48,385 nt of DNA from a virus (taxonomy: Duplodnaviria > Caudoviricetes): positions 1-48,385 of IMG/VR virus record IMGVR_UViG_3300025099_000035. One strand, given 5' to 3'. How positions within the stretch are numbered: the first letter of the stretch is position 1; each line of letters begins with the position of its first letter. The notes under the pieces are model-generated. The model ran no database searches and had not been told where the DNA came from. It saw nothing but the letters and a program-made list of their open reading frames with translations. The translations under genes and the position numbers were made by a program. Of the stretch, positions 1-9,415 are shown in pieces.

Positions 1-2568
1 TGAAGCTCTACTACCAAAAAATGTAGCATAGCTCTCTGAAGCTCCTGTCCCACCAAAGCTCCTAAACCAGCACTCTACTGACGCATTAGATACAGGGGTA
101 GATAGTAATTGTGTTCCATAGCCAAATCTTGAATAGCTACCAGCTATAGCACCAGTATGCTGAATACCGCTAGTACTAGTCCTGTTCATCAAAAACCCTT
201 GAGTATCTCTATTATTGTTTCCTTCAGGTAGGATTAAATATTCTGATACACTTGTTGGAGTACCATTATTACTATTAGTAGATAGGTCTGTCCAAGTACC
301 TGTACCTCTATTTCTCCAATATCCTGATAGATTAGCTGCACTTGAATGTAATGTAGCGTCTAATGCTTCGCCATCATTATATAGTTCTTGGACTTTAGCA
401 GTAGTAAGTGCTTCTCCCTTCCATAAAGATATTTCTGTAAGAGTTCCTTCAAATGGGTATGCAACGCCTGATGAAGATTGACCAAAAACAAGAGCATTAG
501 CATTATTTAAGTCCTCAGTATCACTAGATATATCAATCGTTGCAATTAATACACCGTCTTTATAGACAGTGAGATTTCCACTTCTATCATAGGAAGAAAC
601 TAAATGATGCCAATTACCATCAGCTATATTACTATCAGCAATTGTCGTTAAACTATTATGTAAGCCTACTTTTAAGTTTCCACTACTTATATACATGGTA
701 TATCCAATAGTATGATTTCTATCAAATATCTTTTGGACTCCAGAGCCCGAAGTAGCATTAACCCACAATGAAAAACTAAAATCTCCAGTCCCTACATCTA
801 ATGCAGAATTATTAGATACTACTACTTTGCTATCAATTCCATTGAGCAGTCCTAATTGATTATATGATTGGAATCCAAGTTGTGGTATTGTTGGTTGAGC
901 ATCTGCATCTGTCCAGCCTGTAGCAAAGCCTACTTCTTTAAGACTAACATTAGATATTGTAAAATTATATGCCCCATTGCCTGCTATTCTAAAAACTATA
1001 TAATATGTATCTGTAGTCGCTGCTGTAAAAGTATTTGAATAATCACCTGCTGCAGTATGCGTTCCTGCTGTAGCTGTATCTCCTGTTCCTCCTCCTGTAG
1101 AGGTTGCAACTGCCACATCTAATTGTTGAGCTAAATCCCCTGCATTAATAGCTGTTGTCCAAGATAGTTTATATTGACGCCCTGCTACTAATGATAAAGC
1201 CTTTCCATAGGCATTGTCATTTGAACCTACACCTGCATCTGTATTAACTCCTGTGAACCCTGTAGCAGAAGCACTTGTAAAGCCAAGCAAGTCACTATCG
1301 GTAAATGTTGCATCTTGAAGCTCATCCCCATAGAATACAGAAGTGCCATGATTTTTGTCATTTATAGGAAGGACTACAATATCATCAAATGTAAATGTAT
1401 CTCCAGTATCTGGGGCATCCCCAGTATATGTTGTTGAAGAAGAAGATGCAGAGATTTCAAAATTTGCATGGACTGCAGTAAATAAAAATTCATAATTTTG
1501 ATAGGCTGTGGACAATGCAGGGTTTAAAATAGTGACATAAGAATGCTTAGTTCCAGAACCATTTGTTAAGGATAAATAACTTGTGTTATCAGTAGCCTTA
1601 GCTTTGAATGTTAATCTATAGGAAGTTCCTACTTTTAGTAGTGAGCCTTTATAGATTAACCAACTGCTAGACCCATTTAAATTGCTTAATGTAGCATCGC
1701 CTGTTGAAGCGTTATGAGTCAATGTAGCATTTTTCAGCCAACTACCTGTGGTATCTGTATCAAACGAGCCTAAATCAGCAGTATTAGCCTCTATTATATC
1801 ACTCCCCAATCCAGTATTAGACCCATCCATTAAATAAGATTGCTGACCTCTATGTCCATCCTGCATAGGATACCATAGCTTGAGGTTTGAATAAGTGAGA
1901 GATGTTCCAGAGTTATCTAAAGCTAGTTTTTCAGGATTATTATAATCATATAAAGCATCGGAGGCTGTCCATACAGCATCCCAGCATTGAAAGTCTGATA
2001 GCCATCCATCTAATGCCCAGAGCATAGCAGCATTTAAAGAGCCAATAAAGCCAGTAGCTGATGAACCACTTCCTGACCAACTACCAACATTTTGTTGATG
2101 GTTTGTAGATGCAGCTACACCATTAACATATAACGAAAAATCCTTATTTACCCCATCAAAAATACATACATAACGCTTCCAAGTATTATCAGCTCCCCCT
2201 GCAGGGTATGTATCTATATGTCGAACACCTCCAGCCTTAAGCTCCATTTTCAAGTCACCATCAGTTGCAAAAAAAATGCCCATTCCAGTGCCACCTCCAC
2301 CTCCAGCTGCAGAAAAAACAACATTGCTCGCTGAAAGGCTTCCAGATTCACTTGATTTATGCCAGAACGCAAATGTTCTCACATCTTGGGTTACATCTGA
2401 TGACATTGAAACACCATTACTTGTCAAGTCAGATAAAGATATATAATCAGCTACCCCATCAAAATATAATGCTTGACCTGTATATGCAGTACCATGATTG
2501 TTATTTCCAGAGGTATCTAATGCTCTTGGGTGTAAAGGCTTTGAAGTTTGTGTTATAGTAGCTGCCAT
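1..2568 (-). CDS. Large tail/receptor-binding protein with multiple LamG (concanavalin A-like) domains; 3' end runs off the window
   Basis: ATG at 2568 overlaps the TAA of the upstream gene. The frame reads open to position 1 (at least 856 codons), which explains its absence from the ORF track. My translation begins MAATITQTSKPLHPRALDTSGNNNHG and has LamG-type motifs (ALYFDGVADYI, FSFSLWV, DGNWHHLVSSYD, LTVYKDG). Confidence 0.8.
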   Translation of the reverse strand, partial: MAATITQTSKPLHPRALDTSGNNNHGTAYTGQALYFDGVADYISLSDLTSNGVSMSSDVTQDVRTFAFWHKSSESGSLSASNVVFSAAGGGGGTGMGIFFATDGDLKMELKAGGVRHIDTYPAGGADNTWKRYVCIFDGVNKDFSLYVNGVAASTNHQQNVGSWSGSGSSATGFIGSLNAAMLWALDGWLSDFQCWDAVWTASDALYDYNNPEKLALDNSGTSLTYSNLKLWYPMQDGHRGQQSYLMDGSNTGLGSDIIEANTADLGSFDTDTTGSWLKNATLTHNASTGDATLSNLNGSSSWLIYKGSLLKVGTSYRLTFKAKATDNTSYLSLTNGSGTKHSYVTILNPALSTAYQNYEFLFTAVHANFEISASSSSTTYTGDAPDTGDTFTFDDIVVLPINDKNHGTSVFYGDELQDATFTDSDLLGFTSASATGFTGVNTDAGVGSNDNAYGKALSLVAGRQYKLSWTTAINAGDLAQQLDVAVATSTGGGTGDTATAGTHTAAGDYSNTFTAATTDTYYIVFRIAGNGAYNFTISNVSLKEVGFATGWTDADAQPTIPQLGFQSYNQLGLLNGIDSKVVVSNNSALDVGTGDFSFSLWVNATSGSGVQKIFDRNHTIGYTMYISSGNLKVGLHNSLTTIADSNIADGNWHHLVSSYDRSGNLTVYKDGVLIATIDISSDTEDLNNANALVFGQSSSGVAYPFEGTLTEISLWKGEALTTAKVQELYNDGEALDATLHSSAANLSGYWRNRGTGTWTDLSTNSNNGTPTSVSEYLILPEGNNNRDTQGFLMNRTSTSGIQHTGAIAGSYSRFGYGTQLLSTPVSNASVECWFRSFGGTGASESYATFFGSRAS

Positions 2569-3302
2569 TATGAAAGTGTCCCATGATTTCCACCATGTAA
2601 ATCTTTAGCATTTGCACTAAGATTCCACCATGATACTAAATTTGTTTTTTCTTTGGTGTTTAAGCCTGAATATTTTTTATACATAATAGATTTGATTTGA
2701 GCTTGAGTTAATGCTGATGTCCATATACCTACATTGCAGATATTGCCATCATAATAATAGACACTATTCCCTCTTCTACCAACCTCAAGATTAACTGTAT
2801 CATTGTCAATAGTGGTGATATTATGGTCAGCTGATTCAGCTGATAATTCGCCATTAACATAGATAGCAGACTTTTCGGTTGAAGTGTTAAAGATAGCTAC
2901 AATATGATTCCAATTTCCATCACATACATTATGATTTGTACTTTTCACCTGCTTGCCACTACCACTATTATAAAATGTGAACCAAGCCTTGCCTGTACTA
3001 CTCTCTGTAGCAAGCCAAAAGTTTCTATTAGTGTTGTCATCTTTAGCTACTAAATATTGAATAGCACTTGTATCTGAAGATTTCATCCACAAACTTATAG
3101 AAATTGCTCCTGTTATTTGGGTAGATGAATCGTTCCCAAAAGTTATATAATCATTACTACCATCAAAAGATGCTGACCCATCACTTATGGGTGTAACTGC
3201 TCCTGTGTCAAAGTTAGACTTTAATACTAATCCTGAAGTAACAGCTCTTGCGAGCTTTACATCTCTAACCGTATTTAATGATGCTCCTAGTCCTATTGCC
3301 AT
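2568..3302 (-). CDS. LamG/concanavalin A-like domain tail protein
   Basis: Motifs SFDGSNDYI, ISLWMK, DGNWNHIVAIF, IYVNGEL, ICNVGIWTSALTQAQI; tail gene context. Confidence 0.8.
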   Translation of the reverse strand: MAIGLGASLNTVRDVKLARAVTSGLVLKSNFDTGAVTPISDGSASFDGSNDYITFGNDSSTQITGAISISLWMKSSDTSAIQYLVAKDDNTNRNFWLATESSTGKAWFTFYNSGSGKQVKSTNHNVCDGNWNHIVAIFNTSTEKSAIYVNGELSAESADHNITTIDNDTVNLEVGRRGNSVYYYDGNICNVGIWTSALTQAQIKSIMYKKYSGLNTKEKTNLVSWWNLSANAKDLHGGNHGTLS

Positions 3303-3305
3303 GCT

Positions 3306-3611
3306 TTAACCTTGGTATGCTATTACTTTACCACTAGCCAAAGTAAATGCTGTCCAATGACCATAAATAGTCATCCCTGATGGGATTGTTATAGATGCTA
3401 ATGTATCTCCATTATAAGAAGCTCCAACACCATATCCATTTGTTGTATCTGATGGAGTTAATGCTGAAAATACTGTATCATCTAAGCATTGAAATGCTAC
3501 TATACTTTTACCAGTGATAGCTGTAGTTCCTGTTTCAACTATTGCCCCTGCTTGACCCATACTTGCGTTTTGAGCCTCTACTACTGTGTATTTATGTAAA
3601 CTTGCTGCCAT
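3306..3611 (-). CDS. Small putative virion protein
   Basis: 101 aa, G/T/A-rich; AGGAG Shine-Dalgarno; lies among tail genes. Confidence 0.55.
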   Translation of the reverse strand: MAASLHKYTVVEAQNASMGQAGAIVETGTTAITGKSIVAFQCLDDTVFSALTPSDTTNGYGVGASYNGDTLASITIPSGMTIYGHWTAFTLASGKVIAYQG

Positions 3612-3667
3612 TTTATTCTCCTTTTGAGTGTACTTTAAGGTCTTGACGAGACCATGAGCGTACTATT

Positions 3668-3823
3668 TTATTTTAACTCCTTGCGAATCTTAATTACAAT
3701 ATGTATAAATGTTGCAATTAAAATACCAAGTCTAATTATATCAGGTAATGCTGTCCATAAGCTTAATGCTATTGCACCACTTCCCTGTCCTACTGTAACC
3801 AATGAATCCTTAATCGTCTCCAT
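3668..3823 (-). CDS. Small membrane protein (holin-like), 51 aa
   Basis: Hand translation METIKDSLVTVGQGSGAIALSLWTALPDIIRLGILIATFIHIVIKIRKELK: hydrophobic core and basic C-terminus; below the ORF-track cutoff. Confidence 0.55.
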   Translation of the reverse strand: METIKDSLVTVGQGSGAIALSLWTALPDIIRLGILIATFIHIVIKIRKELK

Positions 3824-4010
3824 TAGCTTCTTTCAATTGAGCTAATACTTCCAAAGCCCCTTCTGCCTTAATCACCATTGTTTTAAAATATTCAGCCTTT
3901 TCACGATAATCTTTCAATTGTGTTGTCAATGCTTCAATTGATGATTCAATCGTAGGTTTATCTGCTTCTTTCTTCAACTCTTCGTACTTTTCATTTTTTA
4001 CTTTAGACAT
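3810..4010 (-). CDS. Small coiled-coil protein, possible tail fibre chaperone
   Basis: 66 aa heptad-like sequence directly after the tail fibre gene; AGGAG SD. Confidence 0.5.
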   Translation of the reverse strand: MSKVKNEKYEELKKEADKPTIESSIEALTTQLKDYREKAEYFKTMVIKAEGALEVLAQLKEANGDD

Positions 4011-4023
4011 TTAAGTCTCCTAT

Positions 4024-5664
4024 TTAAGTTGTTTGTATTGTAACATAGCCACCGTAAATTAAGTCATCTGTAGCTGTTGTAACCACTTTAATTAATAACA
4101 TTTTATCATCAGCACCTACATGATTTGAGGCTAAAGCAGTATCATCTGCAACTGTTAGCCCACTATTTGATATTTCACTTCCTATTGTTCCATCATCTAA
4201 ATCTAATGTATAAACCTCAACCTCATTAGCTGTATCAGAACCAGTAATTTTAACTTTTGTTGCTGTATATCCAAGAGGAACATCTATATATGCATAAAAT
4301 TCTAATGCTGAACTTCCAGGTCTCATTCCAAAATTGCTTCCATCATCTTCAACTGAGCCTACAACGTGAGTTACTCCAATTCCATCATCATTTGCTCTAA
4401 ATGCAGTGGCAGGTATTTTAATTAGAGTTCTTCCTTCAATGATATATCCTGTAGTTGTTATATTACCTGCTACATGCAATGGAGTAGAGGGAGCAGTAGT
4501 TCCAATACCGACTCTGCCATCTTTATCAAGAACCATCCTCTGCTCTGCACTGTTAGCCCCATCATTAGTCCAAAATGTCAATTCTGCTGGCATGACATTC
4601 GTGTTTGGAGTACCATCTATCGCACATCTTATAGAGGCTGCATCTATCCAGGCATCATCACTATTATCTTGCCCAAACCACACTATATCACCAAGGATAT
4701 CCTCATCTGTTAAATTAGCATCAGGGTCTCCCCTTCTAAAGTACAAATTTCCTCCATGATGGTCTGCAGTAGTACTAAGGTTAGTAATAGCAATAGTTGG
4801 GATATTACTAGTTGCAGAAGCGTTTGAAACCTCAAGTGCAGACCCAGGAGTAGCAGTTCCAATGCCAACAGAACCAAACATAACTATATCGTGGTCTCCA
4901 GCATCTCTCCCTAATTGTAGATAATTATTGCCATAATTACTACCAGTCAACTGTATTTTGTGATGCCCACCAGAGACCCCACTTGCCTCAGACTGGTTTG
5001 TAAAAACAAGACCTGGAGCATCAGCATTTCCCAAGAATTGAACAGATTCATCGCCAACTAAATTAACCACAAGTTTGTAGCCTGGAGAGGCACTTCCAAT
5101 ACCAACTTTCCCGTCTTTCTGTATACACATTCTTTGGTGAGTACCACTATCAGTTGTCTGTGCAGTATAAAATGCTAATTCTGTGCCACAATTTCCACCA
5201 TCTGCCCAAACATCTTGTGTTCTTCCTCGAATCATTGCACCACTACGTTCTGTACCACCAGCCTCTACTCCTCTAAATCCAATATCCCCTAAAACAATAT
5301 TATCAGCAAGGACAGCACCATCAGTATCTCTTTTAACAAAATTTACAGTTCCACCTTGGCTAACATTACTAGTACTTTCGTGGTCAAGAGTAATCATAGG
5401 GGTGTCAGTAGTTCCAGAAACTAGATGCAATATTGATGCTGGTGTTGAAGTTCCTACTCCAACTCTATTTGTACTTGCGTCAACAAATAAAGTATTGCTA
5501 TCAAAATTTGCATCTCCTCCAACAGCAAGTGTTGAACTTAATGTAGAAGCTCCCGTAACAGAGAGAGTTCCACCAAGAGCTACATTGTCAACAGTTGAAC
5601 TTGTAGCTGAACCTTTCGTATTTCCATCGGTTGACCAATCAGTATCATTATATGTATTTGCCAT
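4024..5664 (-). CDS. Tail fibre protein
   Basis: Repeated RVGVGT/KVGIGS/SVGIGT/RVGIGT units, with ELAFYT...QRMCI and ELTFWT...QRMVL modules typical of phage fibre shafts. Confidence 0.75.
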   Translation of the reverse strand: MANTYNDTDWSTDGNTKGSATSSTVDNVALGGTLSVTGASTLSSTLAVGGDANFDSNTLFVDASTNRVGVGTSTPASILHLVSGTTDTPMITLDHESTSNVSQGGTVNFVKRDTDGAVLADNIVLGDIGFRGVEAGGTERSGAMIRGRTQDVWADGGNCGTELAFYTAQTTDSGTHQRMCIQKDGKVGIGSASPGYKLVVNLVGDESVQFLGNADAPGLVFTNQSEASGVSGGHHKIQLTGSNYGNNYLQLGRDAGDHDIVMFGSVGIGTATPGSALEVSNASATSNIPTIAITNLSTTADHHGGNLYFRRGDPDANLTDEDILGDIVWFGQDNSDDAWIDAASIRCAIDGTPNTNVMPAELTFWTNDGANSAEQRMVLDKDGRVGIGTTAPSTPLHVAGNITTTGYIIEGRTLIKIPATAFRANDDGIGVTHVVGSVEDDGSNFGMRPGSSALEFYAYIDVPLGYTATKVKITGSDTANEVEVYTLDLDDGTIGSEISNSGLTVADDTALASNHVGADDKMLLIKVVTTATDDLIYGGYVTIQTT

Positions 5665-5673
5665 TCAAATCTC

Positions 5674-6078
5674 CTAAAGTCTTGGTACGGACAATTGTCG
5701 TACACCTGATTTGCGTGATGGATATTGCTTAACACTTCTGTCATACATTTGTCTAAAATATTGAGCTTGTTGCAAGTCCCCTTGGTCTTCAAATAATCTT
5801 GCCTTTACATAGCACAATAAAGCATTTTGCATTCCTGTATCGAGTCCATGAGTAGTACTCATCTCACCTGTTAAATTTGCTGTAGTTACAGTCTCATATT
5901 TTGAATGATATGTAATTCTTAAGCCATCTGAAACCGTAGTATCTTGAAAAGTATCATATGGTTCATTTGTACTTTCAGTAGAGTCAGTAGTTAAATCAAG
6001 AGCTAATACTGCAAGACGCTTGTCATCGTTATACCATGCAAAATATTGATTTGGGAATGTTCTTTTTTGTGTTGCCAT
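5674..6078 (-). CDS. Putative head-tail adaptor component (C-terminal-half-like)
   Basis: C-terminal helical segment ALLCYVKARLFEDQGDLQQAQYFRQMY resembles adaptor C-termini; located between head and fibre genes. Confidence 0.45.
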   Translation of the reverse strand: MATQKRTFPNQYFAWYNDDKRLAVLALDLTTDSTESTNEPYDTFQDTTVSDGLRITYHSKYETVTTANLTGEMSTTHGLDTGMQNALLCYVKARLFEDQGDLQQAQYFRQMYDRSVKQYPSRKSGVRQLSVPRL

Positions 6079-6085
6079 ATAACTC

Positions 6086-6391
6086 CTAAGTTAAACTATC
6101 ATCAGTATTATCAGTATCTTCACGTAATAATTTATGTGAATCTGATAGCTTTGGTATCATTACATATCGACTATTTGTATCCAATACTTCTACTTTTGTA
6201 ATATCAATTGCTTGGTCATCAAGAGCATACCATCTTTTATTCTTAATTAAATCTGTCTTTGCTGACACAGTATATTCTTTTTTCTTTGATGCCATATCAA
6301 TTAAACCATCATTTATTAAACGAATCATATAGCCTTCAGGTTGACGACCCATTAAATGTTCAATTTGTTGAATCAATTCTTTAGGTTTCAT
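6086..6391 (-). CDS. Putative head-tail adaptor component (N-terminal-half-like)
   Basis: MKPKELIQQI...IRLINDGLIDM...RWYAL resembles adaptor N-termini; gene position. Confidence 0.45.
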   Translation of the reverse strand: MKPKELIQQIEHLMGRQPEGYMIRLINDGLIDMASKKKEYTVSAKTDLIKNKRWYALDDQAIDITKVEVLDTNSRYVMIPKLSDSHKLLREDTDNTDDSLT

Positions 6392-6889
6392 TTATACTCC
6401 TGCTACCATTACGTTTACTATTGCTTCTCTTGTCCCATTAGCATAACTTGAGTCATGTATTTGACAAGAAGCTATTGCTTCACCCATATGAAGAGGTATT
6501 ACTACAGACTCTCCAGGAGTTAAAGCTGCAAGTATTTCTCCTGATACTGTAACATTTACAACGCTATCGCTTCCTAATTGAGATACATATTCAACTGCAA
6601 TTACATGAGCTGTAGTTGGTATAGCCCCAGAGGAGACATTTGATGCTTCTGTCCACCCACTATCATTTAATCCATCTGCAGATGTTGCACTTACCACAAC
6701 CCCACTCCAATGAGCTACATCAGCCTCATTATATTCTGTAGAAATATTATAATTCCCTCCCCATGAACGACTATCTGCATGAACATCTAAGTTTAAATTT
6801 GTGTAATCACCATCAGCGTCTCCTTCATTGGCAACACTGTTATCATTTACGATTTGGCAAGATGTCTGTATTCTAATTTGATTCGCCAT
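6392..6889 (-). CDS. Putative virion structural protein
   Basis: 165 aa acidic, beta-type composition; GGAGG SD; structural operon. Confidence 0.5.
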   Translation of the reverse strand: MANQIRIQTSCQIVNDNSVANEGDADGDYTNLNLDVHADSRSWGGNYNISTEYNEADVAHWSGVVVSATSADGLNDSGWTEASNVSSGAIPTTAHVIAVEYVSQLGSDSVVNVTVSGEILAALTPGESVVIPLHMGEAIASCQIHDSSYANGTREAIVNVMVAGV

Positions 6890-6901
6890 TTATCTTCCTC
6901 C

Positions 6902-8386
6902 TTATTGTGGTTCTCCACCACCCTTAAGTGTTGCAATTCCTTGTATATAATCTTGTTTTAGCATTTGATATTGACTTTGAAGCCATTGGTAGTCCATACC
7001 TTGTTTTTGCATTTTTGCATTATAATTAGCTAAATCTTGTCCAAATTTTTGAACATGTGCATTTACTTGAGCTGAATATGTCCCAACTTCAGCTTGATAT
7101 TTTTGAAGTTTTCTTGCTTCATGTGCATCTAACAAATCAGCTTCTTTTATATTTTCTTGTATATCTGCTTGATATGCAACATTTTCTTTATTGAATACAT
7201 TTAAAGCATTTTGTATATCTGTTTGATATTGAGATAACTTTAATTGATTTTCTACTTGATAATCTTGTACTTCTGAATTTACTTGTAATTGATATGAATT
7301 AAGTTCTGCACTATATTTTTGAAGTTTCTTTTCTTCAACTCCATCTGCAAGTTGAGCTTGTTGAAGTTTTTCTTGTATATTAGCTTGATATTCTACATTA
7401 GCGTCATTAAATATATTTAATTGATTTTGCATAGCCTGTCCATAAGCATTAATATAAGTAGCTATTTTTTGTAATTGAGCTGAGGCTAATTCAGTATCTT
7501 CTTCAGTCTCAATCATATCAGCAAGAACATCAAACCAATGATTAAAGTTAAGTTGGTCTGTAGCATCAGCAATTGCACCTGCAAGAATAGTACCCGTCAA
7601 CTCTTGAGTGTCTCCACTAACTACAGGAGCTGTATATACAGGAGCAGTTCCGAATCCACCAATTATAGGTTGTATTATTGTAGGAGCTGTTGGAGCACTT
7701 GCACTAATAGTAAAAGTGCCAATTGACGGAGATACAGGAGGTGTATATGTTGGTGCTCCTGAAAATGCCTCTACTACTTGTGCAGATATTGTTGGAACGC
7801 TTGGAGCAACGGGCAATGTTAAATTAGTTATATCGCTTGGAAGAGATGCTGATTTATTATTCATTAATACTTGCAATGCTTTACATGATGCATATAATAC
7901 AACTAAATAATTTGCTTCATCAGGAAAGTTCCCTATTTCGCTACTAGCAAGATTTACTTGTGGATGTGACACATGAAATATTTTTGCATCACTATCAGAA
8001 GTAGGGTCAGGCTTTACATATAGCTTTGATACATCTGAAGTTCCATCAACCCAATAAACAGGGTCAGTAGCTGTTCCAAAGTAAAGCAAGTTACTTGAGT
8101 CACCTGCCATTCCACCATACATTGAAGGTATCTTTCTACATGGAGCATAAATTGTTGTGCTATCTCCTGTTTCTCTTTGTACAAATAATACTTCTCCAAA
8201 ACCATCTAAATCTATACCACTACCATTTACCAAAGGAGTTACAGCCATGCATTTTTCTTTAAGCTTCATGGGTAGTTGATTTATTATTTCTACTACGCCT
8301 GCCTCACACCAATCTTGAAGGGCTAAGTCTTCAGTACCTGCAAATCCTGTTAAAGCATCAACTTGATTTTTTATACTTTCAGCCAT
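6902..8386 (-). CDS. Putative head-tail/tail tubular protein with Q-rich repeated coiled coil
   Basis: N-terminal adaptor-like region (LYVKPDP...FPDEANYLVVLYASCKAL), then a Pro-rich linker and a duplicated LN.FN..NV.YQA.IQE...KLQKY.AE unit. Confidence 0.55.
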   Translation of the reverse strand: MAESIKNQVDALTGFAGTEDLALQDWCEAGVVEIINQLPMKLKEKCMAVTPLVNGSGIDLDGFGEVLFVQRETGDSTTIYAPCRKIPSMYGGMAGDSSNLLYFGTATDPVYWVDGTSDVSKLYVKPDPTSDSDAKIFHVSHPQVNLASSEIGNFPDEANYLVVLYASCKALQVLMNNKSASLPSDITNLTLPVAPSVPTISAQVVEAFSGAPTYTPPVSPSIGTFTISASAPTAPTIIQPIIGGFGTAPVYTAPVVSGDTQELTGTILAGAIADATDQLNFNHWFDVLADMIETEEDTELASAQLQKIATYINAYGQAMQNQLNIFNDANVEYQANIQEKLQQAQLADGVEEKKLQKYSAELNSYQLQVNSEVQDYQVENQLKLSQYQTDIQNALNVFNKENVAYQADIQENIKEADLLDAHEARKLQKYQAEVGTYSAQVNAHVQKFGQDLANYNAKMQKQGMDYQWLQSQYQMLKQDYIQGIATLKGGGEPQ

Positions 8387-8590
8387 CTACCACTCCCCTC
8401 CCATGCCTTCAACAGATTCTTTCATTGACTGTTGAGTAAATTCTACTTGCGTTTGTCCTGACCAAGTTGTACGCATATTGATATGATTGCCAACTTTGAA
8501 TTTATTGCCAAAAACATGACCACACTTACAAGTCATGTCTCCACCTGATTCAACTTTACCACCACATTTACAATAATACGTTCTTGCCAT
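8387..8590 (-). CDS. Small Cys-motif (zinc-binding) protein
   Basis: Two CKCG motifs in 67 aa. Confidence 0.55.
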   Translation of the reverse strand: MARTYYCKCGGKVESGGDMTCKCGHVFGNKFKVGNHINMRTTWSGQTQVEFTQQSMKESVEGMGGEW

Positions 8591-8666
8591 TCTTCTTTCC
8601 TTTAGTTTTCTTTTTGTACTTCTTAGAATTTTTCTTCTTCTCGTACTCGTTACGCTTGTGTCCCAT
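8568..8666 (-). CDS. Lysine-rich 32-aa peptide
   Basis: Hand translation MGHKRNEYEKKKNSKKYKKKTKGKKNGKNVLL; fills the gap between flanking genes. Confidence 0.4.
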   Translation of the reverse strand: MGHKRNEYEKKKNSKKYKKKTKGKKNGKNVLL

Positions 8667-8675
8667 TACAAAATA

Positions 8676-8891
8676 TTATATTATCTCACTTCTATCTCTT
8701 GCATCATTCATTGGTAAATCACCATGCTCGTTAATATATTCAATCATTGATAATGTTGCTGGGTTTACAGAATCTTTTTTAATAATAAATTCTCCACCTT
8801 CAGCCTCAATAGGGATACCACCTTGAGCATGAGATTCACCCTCAAGAGCACCACCACCAGGATATTTTTTAAAATTTTTATTTCCAAACAT
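8676..8891 (-). CDS. Small late protein with GGG...SHAQGG...EAEGGEFII motif
   Basis: 71 aa; AGGAG SD; motif resembles one I recall from C-terminal parts of some tape-measure proteins. Confidence 0.6.
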   Translation of the reverse strand: MFGNKNFKKYPGGGALEGESHAQGGIPIEAEGGEFIIKKDSVNPATLSMIEYINEHGDLPMNDARDRSEII

Positions 8892-8910
8892 ATATTCTCC
8901 TTTTTAATAA

Positions 8911-8953
8911 GGGATTTGGGAGAAGCCCTTTATACGACCTCTCCCCAGTTCCC
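8911..8953 (-). terminator. GC-rich hairpin downstream of the capsid genes (terminator/attenuator or processing site)
   Basis: Minus-strand GGGAGAGGTC-loop-GGCTTCTCCC with an outer GGGA/TCCC pair; weak U-tract. Confidence 0.5.
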
Positions 8954-8977
8954 AATTACTGTCATCCGTTAGGATTA

Positions 8978-9415
8978 TTACGATATAGTAATATGTGCAA
9001 CATCATGTGCTGTAGCTCTTGTAAGGAAATATGTACCATCACAAAAGATTTCAACACAATCGCCAAGTTGAGCACCACTTATGAATACTATTTCATCAAC
9101 GGCTGTTGAGTCTGTAGAAGAACCAGCTCCTCCATCCCCACCAGAAGTATATCCAACTATAGTATCTTCAGCTGTGTTATTAGCTATTGTTACCGCATAT
9201 GCTGCAACAGTAGTCAATATGAACTTAACATTCCATCCTTGGTCAACTGCACTAACTAGAGGTAGAGTAATCTCATATGCACTAGCTTGATTTATTCCAA
9301 ACACTTTTCCAGAATCATTAGAATCTAATGTTCTTGCTGCTGAAATAACCTCAAACTTAGCGTTAAGACCTCTATCGCTGGCACTACTATTATTATTTAG
9401 AAAATCACTTCTCAT
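8978..9415 (-). CDS. Putative capsid decoration/cement protein
   Basis: Translationally coupled to the MCP gene (TAATG); ARTLDSNDSGKVF...ITLP motif; small and beta-rich. Confidence 0.55.
   Translation of the reverse strand: MRSDFLNNNSSASDRGLNAKFEVISAARTLDSNDSGKVFGINQASAYEITLPLVSAVDQGWNVKFILTTVAAYAVTIANNTAEDTIVGYTSGGDGGAGSSTDSTAVDEIVFISGAQLGDCVEIFCDGTYFLTRATAHDVAHITIS

Noticed and set aside
1-5664. Diversity-generating retroelement acting on tail genes
   Set aside because: No reverse transcriptase and no template/variable repeat pair seen; similarity among LamG and fibre repeats is protein-level only.
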